Source: a candidate division TM6 bacterium GW2011_GWF2_28_16 (GTDB lineage Bacteria > Patescibacteriota > Microgenomatia > UBA1400 > PJMF01). Taken from it: a DNA stretch of 64,000 nucleotides. Under the pieces are notes generated by a model. That model was not told where the DNA came from, did not search any database, and saw only the letters and a program-made list of their open reading frames with translations. Position numbers and translations under genes: made by a program. Of this stretch, positions 12,016-20,407 are shown piece after piece (position 1 is the stretch's first letter; each line of letters opens with the position of its first letter). Location of the stretch: contig CP011212.1 in NCBI GenBank assembly GCA_001029715.1, forward strand, positions 131,407 through 195,406, given 5' to 3'.

Positions 12016-13818
12016 ATGCAGGTTCAAAACAACTCACAAACCAGCAAACCTTCCCAAAGTATAAATCCACCACTGGGTGCTAGCCCTGTTGTGCCTAGCT
12101 CTAGTCCTGTTGCAACTAGACCTGCGACAACTCAAGCTAAGCCAATTTTAGCAACTCCGTCAATTCTAAATAAAACTGATTCAGTTGTTCCAACTGCTAG
12201 AGCCACTTCTGTTGCATCGGCAGAGAAAGACTCTTTTTCTGAAAAAGATCTTAAAGTTAAACTCAATAAATCAAAGGGTCCTAGATCAAAAAAACAAATT
12301 CCTACTATTCTTGGTTTGTTAATTTTGTTTGTGGCTTTGATTTCTGGAGTTTTACTTTTTGGTCAGGGAACTGGAGTTTTTGCTCCGCGTGCAACAGCTC
12401 AAACTACCCCCAAAAACATTCGAATTAGCAATGTGACAGATAAAACTTTTACGATCTCTTTTTATACCGATGAAAGCACTACTGCTTCTATAAAATATGG
12501 TGAGTCGGAAAAATCTTTAGACAAGCAAGCCAGTGATGATCGCGATCAGCTTTCAGGAGTTGTTAAAGATTACAGATTACATCAAATAACAGTAAGAGCT
12601 CTTTCACCCAACCAAGATTATTTTTATGAACTAATTGTTAATTCAAGCTCTTTTGATAACGAAGGACAGCCATATGTATTAAAAACAGCCCTCAAACCAA
12701 GCCAATCACCAAATAATAGTCAGACTATTTATGGCAATGTTTTTAACACAGATGGTTCAGCTGCAGAAGGAGCCATTGTTTATTTATATAGTGAGGGCAT
12801 GGGTACTTTATCAAGTTTAGTTAAATCATCTGGAAGCTGGGGAATTTCTTTATCCAATGCTTTTAATACTGAAAAAAGTGGCTACGCTGTGGTGACTGAC
12901 GAAAGCCCACTAGACATCAAGATCCAAGGTATTGAGCCAGATCTGTTAAGTAGTTTGCAACTTACTGTAGTAGCAGCTCAGCCAGTTCCAAATATAACTT
13001 TAGGTCAGAATGAAGTAGTTGCCGATGCCTCATCATCATTGGTTGATAAAGAAGAGCTTTTGGCTGATGCAGAAACCTCTTCCTCAAGCACCCTTTTAGA
13101 ATCTACTCCAAGTGCTGAGGGTAGCGAAAGTGCTGTCTTAATAGAGCAATCTAGTTCATCTGGAGCTTTGCAAGATTTGTTATCAAATGACGGCATTAAT
13201 GAAGAACCAGAAGTTTTAAACTTAGATGAACTCAGTGAATCTCAAGAAGCTTCAGCTACAACTATTACAACAACTCAGCCTCAAATAAAAGCTACTTTGC
13301 CAGCCAATACTATGGTTAGAGTAATCATTCACTCCGATACTCAAATTGATGAAACCGTTCAAACAGATGCTAATGGTGATTTAATTTTAGATGTTGCGAG
13401 TCTTGGTAAGAATTTAGAGCCAGGAGTACACACTGCTTCTTACACTTACATTGATCCTACAACAGGTGAAGAGATCACTAAAACTTATAGTTTTACAGTC
13501 GATCCAAGCGCTGATTCTAGACAGCTGGCGGCGGTGGTTACAACTCCTACTCCAACTACAATTCCAACAGTAACCCCAACTGTAGCAGTGCCTTATGGCT
13601 CTGGAAATCCTTATGTTCCAACTATTTCTGCAACTCCAACTGCTATTATTTCTTCAGCTGTTAGTACTAGATCAGCCGTAGTTTCTACAACGAGCGGACA
13701 ATATAGTGCTGGTTCTGTGGGTACCACGATAGCTTTATTATTTGGTGGATTATTTTTTGTGGCGGCTGGTGTTTGGAGCTATCTATTGGCTAATTCTTTT
13801 GAAGAAAAAAGAAGCTAA
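12016..13818 (+). CDS. Fibronectin type III / Ig-like surface protein with N- and C-terminal TM anchors
   Basis: PKNIRISNVTDKTFTISF.T...YG...HQITVRALSPNQDYFY (FN3-like), IYGNV...AEGAIVY, Pro/Thr-rich linker, C-terminal TM. Confidence 0.75.
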   Translation: MQVQNNSQTSKPSQSINPPLGASPVVPSSSPVATRPATTQAKPILATPSILNKTDSVVPTARATSVASAEKDSFSEKDLKVKLNKSKGPRSKKQIPTILGLLILFVALISGVLLFGQGTGVFAPRATAQTTPKNIRISNVTDKTFTISFYTDESTTASIKYGESEKSLDKQASDDRDQLSGVVKDYRLHQITVRALSPNQDYFYELIVNSSSFDNEGQPYVLKTALKPSQSPNNSQTIYGNVFNTDGSAAEGAIVYLYSEGMGTLSSLVKSSGSWGISLSNAFNTEKSGYAVVTDESPLDIKIQGIEPDLLSSLQLTVVAAQPVPNITLGQNEVVADASSSLVDKEELLADAETSSSSTLLESTPSAEGSESAVLIEQSSSSGALQDLLSNDGINEEPEVLNLDELSESQEASATTITTTQPQIKATLPANTMVRVIIHSDTQIDETVQTDANGDLILDVASLGKNLEPGVHTASYTYIDPTTGEEITKTYSFTVDPSADSRQLAAVVTTPTPTTIPTVTPTVAVPYGSGNPYVPTISATPTAIISSAVSTRSAVVSTTSGQYSAGSVGTTIALLFGGLFFVAAGVWSYLLANSFEEKRS

Positions 13819-15044
13819 ATTCCATCAGCAATTACTTGCCATAATTCTCGATCGTTATCTTCATAACCAAGTGCCCAAATGGCTATTCCCGCCAAGTTTA
13901 ATTGTCTAGCATACTCTAATTTGTAGGAGATGGATTCTGAGTCTTCATAATAGATTGTGTAAAATTCACCATCTTGTTTGTAAGTGATGTATGGAGAAAG
14001 AGCGTCACTGTCGAATGACTTTTTAATTTGAGTGGCTCCTTTCCAGGTATTTTCATCAGTATTGCCATTTTCACTTAGGGTCAACAGTTCTTTGGCTTTT
14101 TTATAACTTACCGTGAAGCCGGTATCTTCAAATGTATTAGCTTTTGGATTGTTTGAGTCAGTTTGCCAGCCATAGCCATAAAAAGGAATGCCGAGAAGAA
14201 TTTTTTCACGAGGAATTTGATCTAAAAATAATTTTAGATTTTGATTAATGTCTTTATTCCATTTACTATTTTCACTTTCGCTAAAAAGAGGAGCAACTGG
14301 GCCAGCTTGACTACTGCTTCGTTGATGAAAGTCATAAGCCATAACAACAACGTAGTCGACATATTGGCCAATTGTGGCAATATCCCAGAGACTTTGTGAG
14401 TTGCTGGCAGCGCTAGCATAAACGTCTACGCTTATTTGCACATCTTTGTATTTAGTATCCAGATACCAATCAAGCTTACGCATAAAAGTTACAAAATTTT
14501 CTCGCAGAGCTTGGCTGTTTTCACCACTATACTCAATGTCAATGTTAATTCCAGAAACAGGATAAGCTAAAAGCAAAGAATCTAGACTTTGAAAAAAAGT
14601 AAGATGGGCTTTTTCGTTATTAAGAAAAGCACTAATATCTGCTGAATTAAACTGTTTAAGCACTAGCTCTACTTTGCCACCTTGATTTTGCATTTGTTCT
14701 GCTAGTTCCGTGAACTTTTCTTCATTAAGGGTGCGATAGCCAGGATCTAAATTGCCATCTTCATCTTTAATAGAAATCTCTCCATTAGCAGCGATATTCA
14801 ATCCAAAATAAGAAAGATGAGTCAACTCTTTTTCTAAAATAAAATCATTGACATTCCAGTATGGCAAAAACCCATAAACAATCTTGCGTTCTTTTTTGGG
14901 GATAATCAATTCTTTGAGATAACGCAAGCGACTATTGTTATCTATCGAAGAAAAAAGAGGGGCGTCGTAGAAAACATTAATTGATAAAAGTACTACAAAA
15001 ATCAGTAGCAAAAATAAAAAAATGCTAAAAAATATTTTTGACAT
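13815..15044 (-). CDS. Glycoside hydrolase family 18 protein
   Basis: GFLPYW, GINIDIEY (DxE), VMAYDF, KILLGIPFYG, GIAIWALG; N-terminal TM/signal. Confidence 0.9.
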   Translation of the reverse strand: MSKIFFSIFLFLLLIFVVLLSINVFYDAPLFSSIDNNSRLRYLKELIIPKKERKIVYGFLPYWNVNDFILEKELTHLSYFGLNIAANGEISIKDEDGNLDPGYRTLNEEKFTELAEQMQNQGGKVELVLKQFNSADISAFLNNEKAHLTFFQSLDSLLLAYPVSGINIDIEYSGENSQALRENFVTFMRKLDWYLDTKYKDVQISVDVYASAASNSQSLWDIATIGQYVDYVVVMAYDFHQRSSSQAGPVAPLFSESENSKWNKDINQNLKLFLDQIPREKILLGIPFYGYGWQTDSNNPKANTFEDTGFTVSYKKAKELLTLSENGNTDENTWKGATQIKKSFDSDALSPYITYKQDGEFYTIYYEDSESISYKLEYARQLNLAGIAIWALGYEDNDRELWQVIADGI

Positions 15045-17391
15045 CTATCATTTGTTGTTCATAAATAGTTTTGCCTTCTTCATCAACTGGTCTGGCACAA
15101 TCGGCACAATAAAGCTTGGTGAGTGGATCGTAGTAAAAGGCATGTTCTTCAAGATTCAGATCAGTAGCTTCTTCGCCCTCAGCCGGTGGTAAACCAGTTT
15201 CAGCACGAATCCAGTACTCTTTACGGAAAGTACCTGAATAGCTAGGTTTAGAACTCTCCCAGTACAGCTCTTGACCTTTAGATTCACAGCTAGCCACTGG
15301 ATCGGTATCAGTATTTACCGTGGCAACACTGGTTTCATTGTCTCCAGTGCTAATTAATAAACTTCCCAAACCTGCTTGAGGGGGCATGCCGGTTAAGCAA
15401 ACATTACCTATTTTGATATCTGCTGGTTTTTCTGGCCAAACAGTTTCTTCATCTTGCAAAATATATTGCATAATATCGTGCCAAATTGGAGCTGCGCCGG
15501 TAATACCAGAGGCTAAGTAGCTCATTGATTTACCATCATTATTACCTACCCAAACAATGGTCAAATATTCTGGAGTGTAACCGACGGTCCAGTTATCTTT
15601 AAGATCATTGGTGGTACCAGTTTTGGCAGAAACGATTTTATTTTTAATGACTAATTCAGAATTTGAGCCAAAAGCTGCTTGACGAGCATTGTTATCTTGG
15701 AGGATGTGGCTAGTCAAATAGGCAGGAGCGCGATCCATTACCCTTTTTGCTAAATTTTCTTCTTCAGCCAAATCATTTTCATTTAAATAAGCTAAATCAG
15801 CTTTAGCTTCTTCAGAATCATATTCTTCTAAAACTTCACCTTTATAATTGCTAATTTCTAAAATTCCAGTTAAAGGAATTTTGACACCCTGATTGGCCAG
15901 AACGCCAAAAGCCTCAGCTAATTCAGTCATTTTTACTTCACCTCCTCCTAAAGTTAATGACAAGCCATAATTAGCAGGATCAGTCCAAGTAGTAATGCCC
16001 ATCGCTGTGGCTTGGTTAATAAATTTTTGAAGGCCAATTGTAGTCAAAGCTTTGACGGCAGGAATATTAAGTGAATTTCCCAAAGACTGACGAATTGTTA
16101 CTGGTCCTAAAAAGGCTCCGGTGTAGTTTTTTGGACAATAGTCTTTTTGTCCAGCTACCTTGAAGCAAGTAGGAATGTCTAAAATCATTGAGCCAGGATT
16201 GAGGGTTTTTTCGGCAAAAGCTGTTGCATACATAATTGGTTTAATCGATGAACCAGGCTGTCTAAGTGCCAGAGCTACATTAACTTGACCATCTTCTTCA
16301 CTATCAAAATAGTCTTTGGAGCCAATCATGGCTAAAATTTCGCCAGTGTTCGGCTTGGTAACTAGAGCCGCGCCATTACCGACTTTAAGGTTGGCTAGTT
16401 TGGCTACTTCTGCTGACAGAGAGGCTTGAGCAGTTTCTTGCAAATCTAGATCCAGGGTAGTTTTAACACGTAGTCCACCAGTTTCAACCATTTTCTCGCC
16501 ATATTTTTCATAAAGCAGATCTTTAATATAAAAAACAAAATGAGGAGCTTTAATGTCTGTTCTAGAAATCGCAAAAGTCAGCACTTCACTTGCAGCGTCA
16601 TCAGCCTCTTTTTGGCTAATGTATTTATCTTCCACCATGCGACGTAAAACTTCTTTTTGACGTGCTTTGCCTTTTTCTGGATTTGATCCAAAAGGAGAAT
16701 AAGTGGTTGGAGATTGAGGCAGACCAGCTAGAAGTGATGCTTCAGCTAAAGTTAGATCTTTGGCTGATTTGTCAAAATATTTATTAGCAGCAGTCTCGAT
16801 TCCAACGGCAGTGCCACCGTAGGAAATGTAATTCAAATACATCCCTAAAATTTCATTTTTACTATAAAGAACTTCGGTCATAATAGCTAAAACAGCTTCT
16901 TTAATTTTACGTTTAAAAGTTTTTTCATTGGTGAGTAGGGCATTTTTGACTAATTGTTGAGTAATAGTCGAGCCACCTTGTAAGCTACCACTACTGAAAT
17001 TATTAAAACTAGCTCTAATAAGACCAGTAATATCTAAGCCGTGATGGGAATAAAATTTTTTGTCTTCAATAGCGACGGTTGCTTGAAGTAAATGCTCTGG
17101 AAGTTGGTCAATTTGGACAGGAATGCGGTTCTCATTGCCATAGATTTCATAAAGTAATTCTCCATTGCGGTCGAAAATCTGAGTGCTGACTGGGAAATTT
17201 TCGCTAGAAGTTAAATTATTTGGTGAAGGAAGTTGTTTATATAGATAGATAAGTGTAATTAAAATAGCAGTAGCGATAGCAATCAAGGAAATTTGCAAAG
17301 GGCGACTTGTCTTTAATCTTTCCAAAAAAGGAGGAGTCATGGGTCTTTTTTTCTTTGTTTGTTTTTTCTGGGCAAGAAGGAAAGGATTCAT
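15025..17391 (-). CDS. Class A penicillin-binding protein (PBP1A family)
   Basis: EDKKFYSHHG, GGSTITQQLVKN, RQPGSSIKP, SLN, KTGTT; likely start ATG 17391 just after TGTATAAT. Confidence 0.95.
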   Translation of the reverse strand: MNPFLLAQKKQTKKKRPMTPPFLERLKTSRPLQISLIAIATAILITLIYLYKQLPSPNNLTSSENFPVSTQIFDRNGELLYEIYGNENRIPVQIDQLPEHLLQATVAIEDKKFYSHHGLDITGLIRASFNNFSSGSLQGGSTITQQLVKNALLTNEKTFKRKIKEAVLAIMTEVLYSKNEILGMYLNYISYGGTAVGIETAANKYFDKSAKDLTLAEASLLAGLPQSPTTYSPFGSNPEKGKARQKEVLRRMVEDKYISQKEADDAASEVLTFAISRTDIKAPHFVFYIKDLLYEKYGEKMVETGGLRVKTTLDLDLQETAQASLSAEVAKLANLKVGNGAALVTKPNTGEILAMIGSKDYFDSEEDGQVNVALALRQPGSSIKPIMYATAFAEKTLNPGSMILDIPTCFKVAGQKDYCPKNYTGAFLGPVTIRQSLGNSLNIPAVKALTTIGLQKFINQATAMGITTWTDPANYGLSLTLGGGEVKMTELAEAFGVLANQGVKIPLTGILEISNYKGEVLEEYDSEEAKADLAYLNENDLAEEENLAKRVMDRAPAYLTSHILQDNNARQAAFGSNSELVIKNKIVSAKTGTTNDLKDNWTVGYTPEYLTIVWVGNNDGKSMSYLASGITGAAPIWHDIMQYILQDEETVWPEKPADIKIGNVCLTGMPPQAGLGSLLISTGDNETSVATVNTDTDPVASCESKGQELYWESSKPSYSGTFRKEYWIRAETGLPPAEGEEATDLNLEEHAFYYDPLTKLYCADCARPVDEEGKTIYEQQMIDVKNIF

Positions 17392-17470
17392 GGGATTATT
17401 ATACATTAAAATTTTAAGGCTTTATGATCAAGGTATTTTTATTTGATGAGAATTCCATTATAATCACTTC

Positions 17471-17947
17471 ATGGAACTTCAAAAAAATGCTGATTGGTAT
17501 CAATACTTGGACGAGTGCCAAAAAGAGCTAGTGGTGGTTAGTTTTTCCCTTTTAAACAAAAAAGAAGCTTTAGCTGATCTTAAAGATTATTCTTTTATTG
17601 TTTTTTCAATGGCGAAGGCTTATGAAGGTTTTCTCAAGAAAGTCTTTTTTGATCTTTATTTGATTAATAAAGAGACTTATGAAGGGCGTCGTTTTCGTAT
17701 CGGTCGAGCTCTTAATCCAGACATTCGCGATAATCAAAGAGATCAAGATTGGCTTTATGATGACGTTGCTCATAAATTTGGCAAGGAAATCGCTCGTCAA
17801 TTATGGGACACTTGGCTAGTTTGTCGTAATCGAGTTTTCCATTATTTTTCAGACTGTACTCAATTTCTTAGTTTTGATGAGGCTGCCGAACGGGTCAAGA
17901 TGATGGAAGAAGCAATGCAATTAGTTACAAATCAATTAAAAAAATAA
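17471..17947 (+). CDS. HEPN-domain protein (RnlA/RNase LS C-terminal-like)
   Basis: DYSFIVFSMAKAYEGFLKK followed by an Rx4H motif RNRVFH. Confidence 0.65.
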   Translation: MELQKNADWYQYLDECQKELVVVSFSLLNKKEALADLKDYSFIVFSMAKAYEGFLKKVFFDLYLINKETYEGRRFRIGRALNPDIRDNQRDQDWLYDDVAHKFGKEIARQLWDTWLVCRNRVFHYFSDCTQFLSFDEAAERVKMMEEAMQLVTNQLKK

Positions 17948-17964
17948 ATTAATAGAAGGAAACT

Positions 17965-18588
17965 ATGACGACGAATTATAAATATAACAACATCACCATC
18001 TCTGGTTTGCCTGGTTGCGGTTCAACTACTTTATTGAGCTTGCTTAAAGAAGAGTTGGAGGCTGAAAACTGGGTGGGTTTCTCTGGTGGAGAATTCATGC
18101 GCTCTTATGCAATTGAAAAAGGTTTGTTCAATCCAAATAAATCTGTTCATCACAGTGCTACTGTTTACAATGATGATTTTGATCGCCAAGTAGATTATGG
18201 CATTCGTGAAAAAGTCAGTGAACATGAAAAATGGATTATTGAGTCATGGCTATCTGGTTTTATGGCCCAAAATGTTCCAGGTACACTTAAAGTTCTCATG
18301 ACTTGCAGTGATGATGCCGTTCGCATTGATCGGATTGTCAATCGCGATGATGTTGATGTTGAAGAAGCCAAGCGTAGTATTCATGATCGTTATCAGGGTA
18401 ATTTAGAGAAATGGCAACGTGTGTACTCTAAAGAATGGCAAGAATGGGTAGTAGAGACCGGTAAATTGCCAAAGTCAGCTGAGATTGATTTTTGGCGTCC
18501 AGAGCTTTACGATTTAGTTATTGATACTTTCTCAAATAATAAAGAAAAGACTCTAAGGCTTGTCCTAGATGCCATCAAAAAAACTTAA
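17965..18588 (+). CDS. Archaeal-type cytidylate kinase-like protein (P-loop Lys replaced by Ser)
   Basis: ITISGLPGCGSTT, SGGEFMR, DRQVD, IIESWLSG, RIVNRD, YDLVIDT. Confidence 0.75.
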   Translation: MTTNYKYNNITISGLPGCGSTTLLSLLKEELEAENWVGFSGGEFMRSYAIEKGLFNPNKSVHHSATVYNDDFDRQVDYGIREKVSEHEKWIIESWLSGFMAQNVPGTLKVLMTCSDDAVRIDRIVNRDDVDVEEAKRSIHDRYQGNLEKWQRVYSKEWQEWVVETGKLPKSAEIDFWRPELYDLVIDTFSNNKEKTLRLVLDAIKKT

Positions 18589-19240
18589 GAAAACTGTTAG
18601 GTCACACAAACACGAAGCTTTTTTGCCGATTTTGCTTCTAACTTTTTTATTGTGGATTTTTTATAGAAGCATTTTTCATTTTTCAGTTTTGTTCGATGAA
18701 AGCATTGGTAAACTGGTCTTTTTTGCCTTGCCAGTCCTATTATATGTTTCGATCTCTGGTAGTACTGAAATCTTTGAAACTTTCTCTCTCAAGAAACTTA
18801 AGCCAGGTTTACTATTGGGTTTGGCTATAGGTGGTGTTTTTGGTTTTGCAGCAGCCTTTTTAGGAGCTTTGAGTCGAGGGGGTCTTGTTAGTTCAATTCC
18901 TTATTATTTTGCTGATTGGTTTTGGCAAGAAATGTTTTTGGCAATTTTAACTGGATTTTGGGAAACTTTGTTTTTTTACAGTTTTGTTATGGTCATTATC
19001 AATGATAAGTTTCGTCATCTTTCACTATTGAAAAGAATCGGCATGGTTGCTCTAGTCTTTTTATTTTTTCATTTGCCGAACATCTTTGCTCGTTTTAGTT
19101 TTACCGAATCTTTATTTCAGATTTTACTTATTTTTGCTTTTGCCTGTGGTCAAGCGCTGATTTTTTATAAGAGACGCAACGCTTATCTATTGATATTGGT
19201 GCAAGCTATTTGGGGAATGGTTCTACTAATTCACTTCTAA
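18569..19240 (+). CDS. CPBP/Abi (CAAX protease-like) membrane protein, catalytic motifs degenerate
   Basis: About 7 TMs; FWETLFF (EE motif half lost), FLFFH, ILVQAIWG in place of HxxxN. Confidence 0.6.
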   Translation: MPSKKLKKTVRSHKHEAFLPILLLTFLLWIFYRSIFHFSVLFDESIGKLVFFALPVLLYVSISGSTEIFETFSLKKLKPGLLLGLAIGGVFGFAAAFLGALSRGGLVSSIPYYFADWFWQEMFLAILTGFWETLFFYSFVMVIINDKFRHLSLLKRIGMVALVFLFFHLPNIFARFSFTESLFQILLIFAFACGQALIFYKRRNAYLLILVQAIWGMVLLIHF

Positions 19241-19246
19241 TTTTTT

Positions 19247-19825
19247 ATGAAAAAGATTAATTATTTATGTATCTTGTTTGCCGTCGCTTTCTCTGTTTTT
19301 ATTTTACTTATTTCGCTACAGTCGGCCAACAAAGCTCGAATGACCAATGAAGGTAGATTGGTTTCTGGCAAATTTTATATCGCCAAAGAAATTTTGCCAG
19401 ATCATTCTTTATATCCTATATTAATGGTTGTCGATCGTTTACGTTTAGAGTTAGCTGGTCCAGAAAGAAGAGTGTATTTGTTGAGTTCCTATGCTAATCG
19501 TCGTCTTTTTTATAGTAAAAAGCTTCTAGAAAAAAACGATCAAGTTTTGGCACTTACTACTCTGAGCAAAGCAATCAAGTATATAAATCAAGCTTTGGAA
19601 GAGAACATTGGCTTAATTGAAAAGGCCAGTCCAAGTAAAACAGAGGAATATCAAAAGCTAGCCTTTTTCACTTTAGAGAATTTTAATCAAGACATGACTT
19701 TTACTGCAGAATACAAAAACCAATTCAACGATGAGGGGCAAGCAATCTTAGATTCACTTTCCACAGAAGGTTTATCCCTAGCAGAAAAATTGCGCAGCCT
19801 GATGAATCAATCAATTCAAAACTGA
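19247..19825 (+). CDS. DUF5667-like helical protein with N-terminal TM
   Basis: ILPDHSLYPI...DRLRL...ANRRL motif. Confidence 0.65.
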   Translation: MKKINYLCILFAVAFSVFILLISLQSANKARMTNEGRLVSGKFYIAKEILPDHSLYPILMVVDRLRLELAGPERRVYLLSSYANRRLFYSKKLLEKNDQVLALTTLSKAIKYINQALEENIGLIEKASPSKTEEYQKLAFFTLENFNQDMTFTAEYKNQFNDEGQAILDSLSTEGLSLAEKLRSLMNQSIQN

Positions 19826-19890
19826 TCTATTTTGTTATATTGACAAGTACCCATTCCGCATGAGATTCTTCTATTCCTCGTTTCTTTGAA

Positions 19891-19938
19891 CCACTATAAG
19901 TTGTGTTCAAGGAAACGAGGAAATACTATAGGTAGCGA
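19891..19938 (+). promoter_or_regulatory. Tandem NrdR boxes
   Basis: CCACTATAAGTTGTGT (19891-19906) and ATACTATAGGTAGCGA (19923-19938), 32 bp apart, resembling acaCwAtATaTwGtgt, directly upstream of nrdR-nrdJ. Confidence 0.8.
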
Positions 19939-19951
19939 TTTAAGGCATATT

Positions 19952-20404
19952 ATGCAGTGTCCATTTTGCAAAGGCAGCGAAACAGCCGTTATCGATTCAA
20001 GAGAGACGGAAAATGGGGATACTGTGAGGCGTAGGCGCACCTGTGAAGATTGCGGCAAGCGCTTTACCACCTACGAAAGAGTCGAAGGCGTAGATTTAAA
20101 AGTCATCAAAAAAGACGGTAATCAAGAAAATTTTGATAGAGAAAAAATCAAACGAGGTTTGATTAAAGCAACTTGGAAACGTCCTGTCAGTATGTTGCAA
20201 ATAGAACTACTAATTGAGGATGTTGAGGCCAAGCTGAGGCAAAGAGAATTGGTTGAAGTTAAGAGTTGGGAAATTGGCAATCTAGTGCTCAATCGTCTCA
20301 AGAAACTCGATCCACTTTCTTATTTGCTTTTTGCCACTGTTTATCGAGACTTTGGTGAACTAGCAGACTTTGAAGCAGAAATTAAGAAATTGAAAGAAAA
20401 CTAA
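19952..20404 (+). CDS. nrdR: Transcriptional repressor NrdR
   Basis: MQCPFC...VIDSR...RRRRTCEDCGKRFTTYE zinc ribbon plus ATP-cone (VIKKDG); start at ATG 19952. Confidence 0.97.
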   Translation: MQCPFCKGSETAVIDSRETENGDTVRRRRTCEDCGKRFTTYERVEGVDLKVIKKDGNQENFDREKIKRGLIKATWKRPVSMLQIELLIEDVEAKLRQRELVEVKSWEIGNLVLNRLKKLDPLSYLLFATVYRDFGELADFEAEIKKLKEN

Positions 20405-20407
20405 TCT

